Made by a program: the position numbers and the translations under genes. Below, one piece after another: positions 24,356 to 36,443 of a stretch of DNA of 64,000 nt. The DNA comes from Blepharisma stoltei ATCC 30299. Its lineage: Eukaryota > Protista > Ciliophora. The notes under the pieces were generated by a model. The model had not been told where the DNA came from, made no database searches, and was given only the letters and a program-made list of their open reading frames with translations. Every line of letters starts with the position of its first letter. Position 1 is the first letter of the stretch. The DNA lies in the NCBI GenBank assembly GCA_965603825.1, contig CBFDEM010000033.1, positions 186,001 to 250,000 on the forward strand. Reading direction: 5' to 3'.

Positions 24356-24748
24356 ATGTCTTCACTAAACGAAATTCGCCCGTTTGTTTGCCCTATTTGT
24401 CAAGCCCGGTTCAAGAATAAGCAATTCCTTCAAAGGCACATGGTTTCTCACACTTCACTCAGAAGTTTCCTATGTGATGTATGTGGCAAATCTTATAAAT
24501 ACAAAAAAGGATTAAACAGGCATTTACAAAAAGTTCATACAGAAGTGTGGGAATCTATGAAGCTTCAGCACCCAAGAAGAAGATGCAATGCATTTGACGT
24601 CAGCCGCTTTTTGTCGCTGGACGATCCGCCTTATAAACTAAACGAAACATTGAAAAACCAAATTTTAAAAGAAGTCACAGTTGACGAGAATGTTGCAATA
24701 AAAGATACAGCTTGTAGAGTTATTTTTACATCCCCTTACCCGGATTAA
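24356..24748 (+). CDS. two-finger C2H2 zinc-finger protein
   Basis: FVCPIC...F...FLQRHMVSH and FLCDVC...Y...LNRHLQKVH. Confidence 0.9.
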   Translation: MSSLNEIRPFVCPICQARFKNKQFLQRHMVSHTSLRSFLCDVCGKSYKYKKGLNRHLQKVHTEVWESMKLQHPRRRCNAFDVSRFLSLDDPPYKLNETLKNQILKEVTVDENVAIKDTACRVIFTSPYPD

Positions 24749-25013
24749 TAATTCTTTAATTAAATCTAATTAAATTCATATTTAAAGCTGATTTAAGAAA
24801 TTTTGAAGTTTGCGAGTTTGGATTATATTTTTAATTTAATTAATCCCTTTTTAGGAAATTTTAATTTCTTATTATACAATTTTTGCGACCAAAAAATTAT
24901 TAAAAATATAAAACAATTACCATTTAAACAAATGCAAATTAATACATTACAGCATAACAACTATCTATTTTGTATTAATTAAATAAAAGAGAGCTTTAAT
25001 TAACCTCATCAAA

Positions 25014-25385
25014 ATGGAAACCCAAAGGCTAAGAGACAAACTCATAATGAGAGATCAGCAAATTAAAGACATGGAATCTCAGATTCTCGATTTTAAAAGC
25101 AAAATAGATGCTAAATCTTCCTTGATGTATCAATTGGAGCAGCAATCAGAAACCTTGGACACAAAAATCAAGAGAAAGGAAGAACAGCTTGAGAGCGAGC
25201 TTCAAGAAAAGGAAGAATTGCTGAAAACTTTAGAAGAGCTTGAAGAACAATTCGAGTCAAGAGCAAATGCGAAAAACCCGAAAGGAATGCGAACTAAGAG
25301 TGAAGACAGCATGAATGTCACTTCTGCATATATTGAATTTTATCAGAGCATGCAAAAAGAGCAATCAGCTCGTAAGGAGCGGTAA
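25014..25385 (+). CDS. small coiled-coil protein
   Basis: 123-aa ATG-TAA ORF with heptad pattern, flanked by AT-rich spacers. Confidence 0.7.
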   Translation: METQRLRDKLIMRDQQIKDMESQILDFKSKIDAKSSLMYQLEQQSETLDTKIKRKEEQLESELQEKEELLKTLEELEEQFESRANAKNPKGMRTKSEDSMNVTSAYIEFYQSMQKEQSARKER

Positions 25386-25761
25386 TCACCTAAAAATAAT
25401 TTGCAATTTGAAACTAAATAACACTTTTACTCTTTGAATTAATCGAAATAACTTATTTATTAGAAACTTAAATTAGTTTCTATGCACTATTTAGCTTAGA
25501 AGAGGATCTAATAATTATACATTATTTTCAAAAAACTATTTAAATTCATAATGTAAGCATCAGTTATTTAATAGCCTTTTCTTACATGAATTATTACAAT
25601 AACTAACAAATCTCATTTATAACTGCATTCCCTTCACTCAAGACTTCAATTTTAACCAATCCCATCCTCCAGACCTCCATAACCCCAATTTTGGTGTATT
25701 TATACATATGTATATTTATCAGTCTCATTAAATAGGGTAATCTGATGGTACACTAATTATT

Positions 25762-28700
25762 ATGATGTATGCTCTTGTTCCTTATACTAGCTTCGATGCT
25801 CCAACTTCTACTAGACGAGACCAAAAATTTTCAGGCCTCTCCAACCAAGGAGCCACTTGCTATATGAATAGTTTACTTCAATCTCTTTTCATGACTCCAG
25901 AGTTTCGCAAGAAAATCTATATATGGACTTATGATGAGCGAAAGCATGGTGAAAAGAAAGATTGCATTCCATATCAGCTCCAGCTCCTATTTGGGAAACT
26001 CCAAATTGCGAAAAGCCCATACGTCGAAACTAAAGCACTAACTAAAAGTTTCGGTTGGGATATAAAAGAAAGCTTCCAACAGCATGACGTTCAAGAATTC
26101 TGTAGAGTCTTATTTGATGCTATTGAAGAAAGTGTCAAAGGAACACCAGATGAGAACATGATTAATTCAATGTATGAAGGAATTTATACTGATTATGTGA
26201 AATGTTTAAACTGCAAACATGAATCCAAGCGTCAGGACAAGTTTCTTGACCTTTCATTAACCGTCAGAAACGATTTCGATAAGATTTATAACGATTCTGT
26301 CGAAAAAGCTTTACGGTCATATATAAAGCCAGATAAGCTGACTGGGGATAACCAATATTTTTGTGAAAATTGCAATGCAAAACAAGATGCTCTGAAGGGG
26401 CTGAAGTTCGAAAGACTGCCTTATTTTTTGGTTTTGCAGCTTAAAAGATTTGATTTAGACTACACAACTTTTCAAAGAATCAAGCTTAATGATAAGGTGA
26501 CTTTTCCCCAAATTCTCAATGCCAATCCTTATGTTGGGGACATAACAGAAGAAATTATTGAAGAAACCTCAGCAGCCCAAAATATAGAAGAAGACAAAAA
26601 AGAGGAATTGCCTTATCTTGACGTGGTCCCGGCAGATCTAGATTCCAGAAATCTTGTACAAATAAAAAACAGCAAAATCGAATACTTGTCTGATGACCGA
26701 GATAAAAAGCCCACAAAAATTGACCAGGTCGTAAAAGATAAAATAATTGCCAAACAAGCTGAAGAACGAAAAGCAAAGCAGCACGCACAAATTGAAGAAT
26801 ACTTAAAACAAGGCGAAAACGTGTATGAGCTGTTTTCAATTATGATTCATTCAGGATCAGCTTTAGGAGGGCATTACTACGCTTATATAAAATCATTTGA
26901 CGACGCTAGCTGGAATAATTTTAATGATTCTTATGTAAAAGGAATAGAAGAAAGAGAAATAGAAAAAGTGTATGGCGGCAAAGGAAACACCAAAGGCTGG
27001 GACTCAGGGTATTCCGCTAATGCCTATTTGCTTATGTATAGAAAAGTCGCCCCAGAGAATATCATCAAAATAGAAGACTCAGAAGTCCCAACAATAATTA
27101 AAGAAGAGCTTGTAAACCAAGTAGAAAAAGATAAAGAAGAACAAGCTGAAAGAGTCGAAAAATATAAATCATTAACACTCAAACTTTATTATGGCAAAAA
27201 AGAAATCTCAATAAATATAAAGAAAGACGAAAACGTCAAAGCCATTAAAGAAGAAGCTATAAAAGCGTTCAAAATAACAGAAATCGCCCCAGAAAATATT
27301 AGAATTAGAGGGTATTCTGTTTATTATGACATTTTCCAAGACGTTTATGATGAAGAAAAAACTGTTGAAAGCCAACAGATATGGAACTGAAAAGTCCTTG
27401 GAGTAGAAACTAAAAATTCTGATGAAGAATGGCCACCTTATGACCCTAACCAAATCACTATAAAAGTCAACCTTTGGAGCTCAGAAATGGAAGACTCCAC
27501 AAAGTCATTTGAAGAAAAAACATCAAATCCCCACAAAATCATAATCAGCAAAAAAGACACTGTTGGAGGAATGATGGGGATCTTTGAGACGAAATTTAAC
27601 ATCCCTCAAGACCGACAAGTGATTTTAAAGAAAACGTATATGGGCATGACAACTCAATGTGAAATCGTCAACTCTAAAGGGAGTTTAGGGAATTCTTTAT
27701 CATATGCAAAAATTTATGAAGGATCAATTCTTTATTTAGAAGAATCTGACGAAAATTCCAAAACTCCGAAATGGCAGCAGCAGTTAGATTTAGAATCAAG
27801 AAGATATGTGATTCGATTTAACCACCCTGATGATGTTCCTAATTACACAAATCAGCTAGACTACAATCTTAGCGTCGTGCTAGACTGCTATTCAACATTG
27901 CAAACCCTTAAAGAAATGATTGCAACCAAGCTGAGCTTATCAATTGACGAATTCATTATGAAAAGAGGCGGAAAGCACTCCCAAGAAATAAAAGACCTCA
28001 CAATTAAACTAACCCAAGCAAGCTTAGTAAACAATAGCGTTATTTTTATAGAAAGAGGAAAACCGACCAAGCCTAATGAATACAGGATTTTGTTTTCCCT
28101 GGCAACTGAAGCTGATGAGTCTGAAGGTGACGCAGTCTGCTATAAATTTATTGATTTATTTGATATGCCACTGGATGCAGGAATGATGGTTAGCGAAGTT
28201 AAGACTAAAGTTTGTGAAAAATTAAATGAAATGTACCCATCTATGGGAGTTGAGGTCGAAAAAATAAGGCTAAGAGAGAGAAATTCTGATAAATTAGCAA
28301 GAATACTGAGAAAAGATGACATGCTGAGGCAATATGCGCTATATGAAAAGAAAAATATTTCGATACAGATTTTGGATACTGAGTCAGTGGAATCTAGCAA
28401 GCTGGTCACTATTGTGAAAAGATGGTGGCCTTCGACGTGGCAGGTATCAAAACCAGTTGAGATCTTTATATCGAAAACAAGCACACTTGAAGACTTCGGC
28501 AATAAGCTGTCAACCGCTTTTGATATTCCAGTAAATTTTACGTAGATAGAAAAGCTTGAAGTTACAAAGATTACATATAGCTGGAATTTCTCAAGAACTG
28601 ACCTGCCTAATGAGATATTTTACAAGGTAAAAGGGAATATGAACATCATGAGCCAAAATCCTTGGTTTTTGACAATGGATGGGAACTTATTCTTGTAAGA

Positions 28701-28950
28701 ACTAATTAGTGTTAAAGATAAAACTGAAGCAACGAGAGATTTAACTGAGGAAGAAAAGAAAAAATTCAATAAAAGTTCAGCATATACATCAAGCTACAGC
28801 AGCTATTCTTCAACGACTACGTGGAAATATGAACCTCCTAAAGAAGAAGCTATGAAAATCACAGTAAAAAAGAAAAATCATGAAGAGGAAAAGAGAAATG
28901 GTGAAGAAAGATCTGAAGATAAAGAAACAGAGCCAGAATTAGAATCATAA
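25762..28950 (+). CDS. ubiquitin-specific protease, USP47-like (1052 aa), two introns
   Basis: Cys box GLSNQGATCYMNSLLQ, QQHDVQE, His box HSGSALGGHYYAY. TGA 27388. Introns 28531-28545 and 28695-28709. USP47-like tail (DG..FFVKDKTE...KEEAMKI). Confidence 0.93.
28531..28545 (+). other. 15-nt intron GTAAATTTTACGTAG
   Basis: Removes an in-frame TAG; the frame continues. Confidence 0.88.
28695..28709 (+). other. 15-nt intron GTAAGAACTAATTAG
   Basis: Removes an in-frame TAA; the frame continues to TAA 28948. Confidence 0.88.
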
Positions 28951-29137
28951 TCTAAATAGATTAACAATAAAGTGATTTCTGAAAGGTTTTTGACATAAAT
29001 TTCAGTTTTTTTAAGTGTTTCCAAATAAAACAGATGCTGTCATTAGCAACTCTTTTATAGTACTCTGAATTAATTTGCTATAAGTTAAAACTTATATATA
29101 TAACACCCTAAACAGATTTATTAAACTTTCGATTATA

Positions 29138-30613
29138 TTAAATTTTATCAAGAAGAAAATCTGTGAACTCTCCCAAATCAATTTGCCCATCTCCATTTTG
29201 ATCTGCTTCTTTTACCAGCTCTTGTCAAGTCTCAATATCTTGGCTTTCACTCCCAGCAAGTCAATTCATAAGTTCCTCTACAGAAAGCATCCCATTCTTA
29301 TCAATATCAAAAATTGAAAAAGCCATATATAGATTTGCCCTTGATAACAGAATATTTTTATCAATTGACGCTTTAAGATATTCTGTATATTGAATATACC
29401 CATCCATATCAGCATCTACTTGGCTTATTATTTTATCTACTTCACATTCAGCCATATCATGGGTCATCTGAGTTTGTAGCTGCTCTACAAGGTCTTCGCG
29501 ACCTATTTTCCCATCCCCATCTTTGTCGATTAACGAAAAAATTTGTCGGATTTCTTTGAAATCTCGGTTGTTGACGATTTGTGCGGCAATAAAAGACATG
29601 ATTGTGTCTCTTAGCTTGAGGGTGTTTGAAAATTCTTTTAAATTTTCTATGACTTGGTCTAGGGCTACTTTGTTTACTGTCTCATAGTTTATATGCTTGG
29701 TGATTCATGGATGGCTTATAGCTTGGCTTGCAGAAATTCTTTCAGGCTGTGGGACCAACATTTTTCTTATCAGGTCTAGGGCTTCAGGAGATATTTCTTG
29801 GAAAATTGGTAAATCAGTGTTGTATTCCCCAATTTTAATTCTCTCTATAATTTCATCATCAGTTTTCCCTGGAAAGGGTGGTTTTCCAGTAAGCAATATA
29901 TACATAATTACTCCGCAGCTTCATATATCACATTTTTCATTATACTTCCCAGTCAATACTTCAGGTGCCATATAAAAAACAGTCCCTACAATACCTTCAA
30001 GCTCTTCCCCTTCCCCTATCTTGACAGCAGTCCCAAAATCGCCTATTTTCATATTAAAGCTCTGCCCCCTTTCTTCTATCATGATATTTTCAGGCTTCAA
30101 ATCTCTATGTGCAATCCTCAAGTTATGACAAAACGCTACCACAGATAGCAGCTGCCTCATTATTTCTGCAGCCTGTGCTTCACTAAACCTTGACAATTTC
30201 GCAATTTTGCTGAATAGTTCTCCTCCTTCACAGTATTCCATGACTAAATAATAGTTTTCTTCATCTTCAAAGAAATCATAGATTCTTATAATATTTGGAT
30301 GATCCAGGAGCTTCAGGATTTCCATTTCTCGGTTCATGCTGCCTTCTTGGTCAATTTCAGATCCAAAACCTTCTTTTTGATATATTTTTACTGCTCTTAA
30401 TAGCCCTGAAAGTCTATGTGTGCAGCGCCTCACTTCTCCGAAGCTGCCTTTTCCAATAAGGTTTCCTAACATGTAAAGCTGTTTGAAAGGAATCCCATGA
30501 GGCTTCACAAAAGTTCCTGGATGAATTTTTATATCACCAATGCTGCGAGATGTGGGTGGAGCTGAACTGTTGATAGTTAGTTCTTTTGGTTTTGAAGATG
30601 GACAACAGCCCAT
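29138..30613 (-). CDS. calcium-dependent protein kinase (CDPK), 491 aa
   Basis: MGCC acylation motif; GKGSFG, HRDLKPEN, DFG, MAPE, KCDI-W-SCG; four EF-hands. TGAs at 29921, 29705, 29261, 29225. Confidence 0.95.
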
Positions 30614-30814
30614 TTTGTTGGTTATTTAAAAAATTATGAGAAAATAAAAGATTGCATGTTTTGAAGATGACAAATTACTGTTCTTTAATTTATGGAAATT
30701 ATGTATGTATAATTTTAATCACTATAAAAAGCAAGCAAAAATTTAGTTTGCTTAGAAGCGGGAATAGGCTAATGGCTCAGGATTTAGTTCCTTTAAATAT
30801 AAATGATTATTTAA

Positions 30815-31052
30815 TTAGTCATTTTTCCGCATATACTTGAAAAGAGTGTATAAAAAGAAAGCTATCACTATATGCACTACAATCACTGCTGAAATCCCAC
30901 TAATAAGAGTTCTCGTGGTTGGAGCTAAATCTTGAGTTAGGTCTAATATATAATTTACACTGCATTGAAAAGAGTGTCACAATAGGAGCTACAATAAATA
31001 GCAAAGCTGTAACTAAAAGAGTTTTTGCCCCACCAGACACAAGACTTGGCAT
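30815..31052 (-). CDS. VMA21: V-ATPase assembly factor VMA21 (73 aa), one intron; absent from the ORF track
   Basis: MPSLVSGGAKTLLVTALLFIVAPIVTLFSMQY...ISGISAVIVVHIVIAFFLYTLFKYMRKND*. Two TM helices, AV..VH.V motif and basic K-x-D end typical of Vma21. Confidence 0.85.
30943..30958 (-). other. 16-nt intron GTAAATTATATATTAG
   Basis: Removal restores the frame between the two TM helices. Confidence 0.85.
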
Positions 31053-31077
31053 TTTATTAAATTATAAACTAATGTTA

Positions 31078-31447
31078 TTATGAATAAGGCATTTACAAGG
31101 ATTTCGGATAATTGGGCCATTCTTTCTGTATAACCTCCAGTGCTAACTAAATTTTGGCCTGCTCAAGTATCTAACACCGCTTAATTGAGATCTGAGCTTG
31201 CAGATTTCTTCTATTGACTTTGATATTATTCTTTTAAAGGCTTATATTTGATTCCAAGCTCTGTATTCATAAAGCTTTTACCAAAATCATCATCTTTTGT
31301 GGCAATAAAAGACTGTGATAGACTGAAATCGTTGATTCTCTAACACCCTTTCTTCTTTCATACCATCAATTTTTTTACCAATTTTTGTGTTTTGCCTTTG
31401 ATATTTTAGACTTGGGCTCTATATTTAGACATTCTTTGATTGTATTT
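31078..31447 (-). pseudogene. 3' fragment pseudogene of the FYVE/coiled-coil gene (21165..22319)
   Basis: Only the last ~370 nt are present. CAA (22170) has become TAA (31226-31228), with several small indels and no 5' part. Confidence 0.9.
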
Positions 31448-31842
31448 ACTTTTTTTATATAATGATTTGAGCTAACAGAGCAAAGCAATTAATATCTTAT
31501 TATCAATCTCGAAAATTGAATTATAAAAATTGAATCAAAAATAGCAAGTATAATGGTTAAAAATATTTTGATTCAAAACTAAAAATAAAATTTAATTACT
31601 TTAAATAACCATATATAAATTGCTAATATAAAATTTCTGTCTAAAACTAAATCTCAATATTTTTGAAAAATGGATAATGAATACATTCATATGCTAATAT
31701 AAACTCTCATAATAAATCATTCATTACCTTCAATAATCCTCAAAAATTCTTGCATATTAATTAATCACAATTTCTCTCGCTCACATAATAAATAAATCTC
31801 ATTTCCATATGATTTTGTCTGGCCATCAGCCTCTTGAAATTA

Positions 31843-33024
31843 ATGGAGACCGAAGAACAAGTAGCTAAAGGACTCACAAATCCAAACGTAGTCAGCAAAT
31901 ACAGAGAGGCCGCAAACATAGTAAATAGAGCTCTACAAGCTTTAGTCCCTCAATGCCAAGCAGGCGCTGATGTATCAACTCTTTGTTCCAATGGAGATCA
32001 GCTGATCGAGCAAGGCCTAGCTACAGTTTTCACAAGTGCTCCAATAGAGAAAGGAATTGCAGTCCCTACCTGCATTTCTGTAAACCATATTTGTGCACAT
32101 TACAGTCCATTACCTGAAGAATCATACACTCTTCAGCCTGGCGATCTGATTAAAATCGAACTTGGTGCTCATATTGATGGTTACATTGCAAATGCTGCAA
32201 CTTCTTTAATCGTAGGGGCATCTGCAGAAGCTCCAATATCAGGCAACAAAGCTGACGTCACATTGGCGGCATATAATGCAATACAAGCTGCTTTAAGACT
32301 TATCAAGCCTGGTAGCACAAACACAGAAGTCACACAAGTTTTCAATAAAATCGCTACAGATTACGGTTGCAACGTCCTTGAAGGAGTCCTCTCCCACGAA
32401 ATAAAGCAGCATGTAATAGACGGGAACCATGTGATTATTGGCAAAGAAAGTTTCGACCAACACGTAGAAGAATTCCAATTCGGAGCCAACGAAGCTTATA
32501 TTATTGACATTTTCCTGTCAACTGGTGAAGGAAAACCTAAAGAATCTGAACAAAGGACGACTGTTTTCCAGAGAGCATTAGACATGACTTATAACTTAAA
32601 GCTGAAAAGTTCAAGAAACTTCTTAACAGAAGTCAATAGAAGGTTCCCTACACTTTTGTTCTCATTGAGATCATTTGCAGACCAACGAAATGCGAGGGTA
32701 GGAGTCTCTGAGTGTCTGAATCACAATATGCTTTACAGTTTTCCTGTTATTACAGAAAAGCCTGATGACTTTGTAGCTCAGTTTAAGGTGACTGTGTTGG
32801 TGCTTGAGACAGGGACTATTGTGATAACACCACTGATTTTCAGCCCTGAGACTTGCCAGAGTGATAAGACTGTTACTGATGAAGCTGTTAAAGCATTATT
32901 GGCAACTCCAATGGCAACTGTAGCAGTCGCAAAGCCAAAGAAAGCAAAGAAGAACAAGAAAAAGAAAAAAGCAGCAGCAGAAGGAGAGACTAAAGAGGAA
33001 ACAGAAGAAACCAAAGCAGAATAA
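31843..33024 (+). CDS. PA2G4: PA2G4/EBP1 proliferation-associated protein (peptidase M24 fold)
   Basis: VVSKYREAA.IVN, KGIAVPTCISVN.ICAHYSP, LGAHIDGY, YNLKLKSSR, RFPTL.FSLR; Lys-rich tail. Confidence 0.93.
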   Translation: METEEQVAKGLTNPNVVSKYREAANIVNRALQALVPQCQAGADVSTLCSNGDQLIEQGLATVFTSAPIEKGIAVPTCISVNHICAHYSPLPEESYTLQPGDLIKIELGAHIDGYIANAATSLIVGASAEAPISGNKADVTLAAYNAIQAALRLIKPGSTNTEVTQVFNKIATDYGCNVLEGVLSHEIKQHVIDGNHVIIGKESFDQHVEEFQFGANEAYIIDIFLSTGEGKPKESEQRTTVFQRALDMTYNLKLKSSRNFLTEVNRRFPTLLFSLRSFADQRNARVGVSECLNHNMLYSFPVITEKPDDFVAQFKVTVLVLETGTIVITPLIFSPETCQSDKTVTDEAVKALLATPMATVAVAKPKKAKKNKKKKKAAAEGETKEETEETKAE

Positions 33025-33176
33025 CTAATAAAAAGTTAGCCTAAAGCTATAGTCAATAAATTGTATAGCGATTTATATTCCCTTAAATTATCTAACCATA
33101 AAGATTAATCGTTATCTTGTAGCTATATAGGCTATAATGCTCTTATTAATTGTCTGTTATAAGTTTTAGCTTATTC

Positions 33177-33560
33177 TTATTTTCCTTTCTTTTCCTTTCC
33201 TTGTTTATCGGTAGCTACTTTATTGCTTTGAAACAGTGAGTTGGCTATGATAGGTACAATTAGCAAGACCAGCAAAATTTTGATTGTATCAATAATATTT
33301 CCAGCATACCAAAACCAAAAATAAAGCCCTATAATAGAAATGATAGAGATAAACAAGATCGATGTTTGGACACCTGCACTCTTCAGACCCCCAGAATTCA
33401 ATTTTAGCATGGAAACTTGGGTCGAGAAATAGAGAAAGATAAAAACGATTATGCCTGAAAACGCTGCAGAAAGCTATATGTGTCTTACAATTTTATTTGG
33501 CCGTGGCTCAGGTTCAGCAAAAATATGATTGATTTCTGGAGGTAATTCGCCTAGTACCAT
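33177..33560 (-). CDS. RPN2: miniature ribophorin II/Swp1 (OST subunit), C-terminal membrane module only (122 aa), one intron
   Basis: MVLGELPPEINHIFAEPEPRPNKI|LSAAFSG matches the RPN2 PEIxHxFxxPxxRP motif. Three TM helices with FW..N; KKGK dilysine end. Confidence 0.78.
33474..33488 (-). other. 15-nt intron GTAAGACACATATAG
   Basis: Removes an in-frame TAG and links the RPN2 motif to the TM region. Confidence 0.85.
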
Positions 33561-33629
33561 ATTTATTATATCTCCTCGAATATCTCCTAAAAAGCTTAAA
33601 ATTAAAATTAGTTATTAACTAATAGGTAT

Positions 33630-35240
33630 TTACAATGCTTGGCTTGCACTTAAAATCATCATGGCTGCTCTTCGTGCTGGAGGGTTACTAGGTCTTCTGT
33701 TTTCCAATAACAATGTGTGTGGGATAAATTTTACTTTATTTGCTAACTTGCTATTTGTGGTGATTTCTCTTATTTTTCGCAGCTCTTCTTCAGATTCCCA
33801 AGCTTTAATAAGCTCATTCACGTAATTTGGGTCAGTTTCTAATGTATGAAGTTGGTTATGGCTAAATTTATTCAAAGCCATGCCTCCAAAATACAGAATT
33901 CTTGACCCAACAACAGCAGCTGAAGCTCCCCATCTAGGTGATGGCAAATGTCCATAAATTTTAAGTGTTTCCCATCGGCAGCTTGCTATATTTAGCGCGC
34001 TCATTTCATTGACTTCGCCTCCACATCCGTCTTTAAATAAAGAATCATTTCGGCCTCCCATAACGTATAAGCAGCCTCCACACAAGACTGCTACATGGCC
34101 ATATCTTGGGGTTGGTAGCGTCCCTGATGGTTCTAATTTTGTCCACTTTAATGAGTTTATATATTCACGGTTGCTTTTAAATGGCTGTAGTAAATACACG
34201 TCGTTACTAACGACGCCAGATTTATTCATACCTCCAAATAGGTAGACTCCGCAGTTTTTTTTAGTAAAAATATCATCATAAATATGTGGCAGGTTAAAAA
34301 TGTCGCTGGAATACTGTCTTAGCATTCCGCTATGGTAGACTGATGTTAAGGTAAACGAGTGCCTTTGTCCAGGCTTTTCTGATGTTTTGTCAAGCTTGAT
34401 AGAAAATCATTGCATAGCTTCAAGGTTTAGACCATTTAGATCAGCTAATGTTTTCCCATTACTATCAATTCCACCATACATAATCATTGTATTTCCTACA
34501 AGCGCAGCCCCATGGTTTCTTCTTGCATCTGGAAGTCTTCCAAGTGGCTTATAGCTTCTTCATTGAGAATTTATGGTATCAAAAATATGGACTAAAGGGA
34601 AACATCCTCTTATGTGAAGTGTCGAGTTAAAGCCTCCTCCACCTCCATATACAACTAAAGAATTTTTATACCCAATTGCAGTGTGTCCAACCCTAGGCTC
34701 AGGAATTTCCTGGATTGTGTCAGGGTTTATATGATTAACTCCTTCCCAATGCCAATTTCTATAATTAAGCATTTTAATGTCATTTAATCTTTCGCCGCAT
34801 TGTCCTCCAAAAAGGTATAAGTTATTGTTAACCATTGTCAATGTGGCGCCTACCCTTGCATCAGGAATGAAACCTTCTGTTTGCTTTTTTTCCCAAAAAA
34901 GGTTTATTGGCTTGATGCGTTGGATTTTATTTGTCAAATCGACAAATTCAGAGTTTTCATCAGCAGAGTAGCGCTTTATTAGTTCATCAATAAAGCTGGG
35001 CTTTATTTCTTGTGGAACTGTCATTGGGATTGGCTGAGATTCAGATTTTTTGAGAGTTGGGGTACCTTGAAAAAGCTTTTCAGCTGGAGTTGCAATTGAG
35101 GAAATAAATTTTGTAGTAGAGTTTGCTGTGGTTGAGATATGGGGTCGCTTTCGTAATCTTGGCACTCGAACAAAGCTATTTAGTGCAGGTTGGCTGATGC
35201 TCGGAAGTAATTTAGATAAAGGTGATGAGTTGTCGCTCAT
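33630..35240 (-). CDS. kelch-repeat beta-propeller protein (536 aa)
   Basis: Repeated P.PR.GH...(L/Y)(F/Y)GG units. TGAs at 34560 and 34407 fall at the kelch Trp. Confidence 0.9.
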
Positions 35241-35596
35241 TTTAGATTTATTATTAATATAAGCGAGAATTATAATTTTGAATAGAAAAAGTTTTAGATC
35301 TTTTTCGAAATTAGTGTAAAATATTTTAAATGGATTTGAACTATAAACGAGAAATTTGTCTGATCTTAAAACCATTTTTTTTAAATTAAAGCTAATTTTA
35401 TATCACTTATAATTTTTAAATAATCTATTAATTATTTTAAGAAGCAATTATACAAAATAATTTTCGAAAATCCTTTTCAGCCATTTTCATTCAATTAAAA
35501 TAATCTATATGTATGGTAACAATTTTTGGCTTTTCTGCACAATAAGGAAATTTACTTTAGATTTTGAATTTAAAGTCTTAAATACACTAAATATCT

Positions 35597-36217
35597 TTAT
35601 TGATTAAAGTCTTTCAAACTTTGATATACTTGAGACCTCAATGCATAATTTTTATATCTTTCTTGTTTCAACTGTTCATACAAAACTTCATACTCATCTT
35701 CACTCGCTTTTTTTTCTAAAAGTCTCCTATGCAGCTGTAAAACTGCTTTTTTGAGCATTTTTATGTCATTATTAAGAGCTGATATTTGTTTCTCAAGGTC
35801 TTTGTTTTCACTGCTCATTGCTGAGGAAGAAATATCTGAAGTCTGGCTTGTGTGCTTTTTCATGTAATTTTGAGCGATTCTCGAAGCATCTTCAATTGAA
35901 GTGACACTTTTAAGATCTTGGATGAGGCTTGCAGCATATGCATATGTGCACTCATCTATAGCTTTGTCTCTGTCTTTTTTTTGAAGAAGGCTGATGCTGG
36001 AATCTAAATTGTTGTAAGTCGCCTCAAGAGCTGAAACCAGTTCTTCACGGCCTTTAAGAGGAAAAAGGGCGTATAGCCTAATTAAATTTTCATTGAGAGA
36101 TTGGCTACCAAACTCAATTATACTACTGTGCGAAGTCTCGACTTTAAGCGTCCGCTTGCATTTAAAATCTTCAATGTCTTGATTAATCCTTAGTCGCTTT
36201 CCGATTTCTAATGCCAT
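35597..36217 (-). CDS. CUE-domain plus coiled-coil protein
   Basis: LYALFP....ELVSALE..YNNLDSSISLL (CUE-like FP...LL); C-terminal LKKAV...NYALR coil. Confidence 0.7.
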   Translation of the reverse strand: MALEIGKRLRINQDIEDFKCKRTLKVETSHSSIIEFGSQSLNENLIRLYALFPLKGREELVSALEATYNNLDSSISLLQKKDRDKAIDECTYAYAASLIQDLKSVTSIEDASRIAQNYMKKHTSQTSDISSSAMSSENKDLEKQISALNNDIKMLKKAVLQLHRRLLEKKASEDEYEVLYEQLKQERYKNYALRSQVYQSLKDFNQ

Positions 36218-36443
36218 TTTATTTAAAGTAATTCTCTTGGGTCTTTAAAAATAGAAAATATCCCTAATTTGGCTTCAAAAAAATTTATTAATTATACTAA
36301 AATTCATTAATTTATAAAAATTTATTCAAATGATATTGCACTAGGACAATTTATTGAAGAAAATTTAACAGCTAATGCTTATAGTAATTGCTGGCTTATT
36401 ATCAAATTTTAATGTGTTTGCCATTAATTTATTAATAAAAATA

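Larger units (their letters stand above)
30770..31447 (-). repeat. right (inverted) copy of the segmental duplication
   Basis: Reverse-complement similarity to ~21948-22620. Confidence 0.92.

Noticed and set aside
29101-29111. TAACACCCTAA, resembling the heterotrich CCCTAACA telomere repeat
   Set aside because: Less than 1.5 units long and plausible by chance. The two AAAACCCC strings near 57735 and 57797 are likewise not arrays.
33619-33633. Intron-like GTAAATACCTATTAG spanning the kelch gene stop (minus strand)
   Set aside because: It lacks the +10 A seen in all 11 accepted introns. Splicing would only change the last residue and does not fuse kelch to RPN2.
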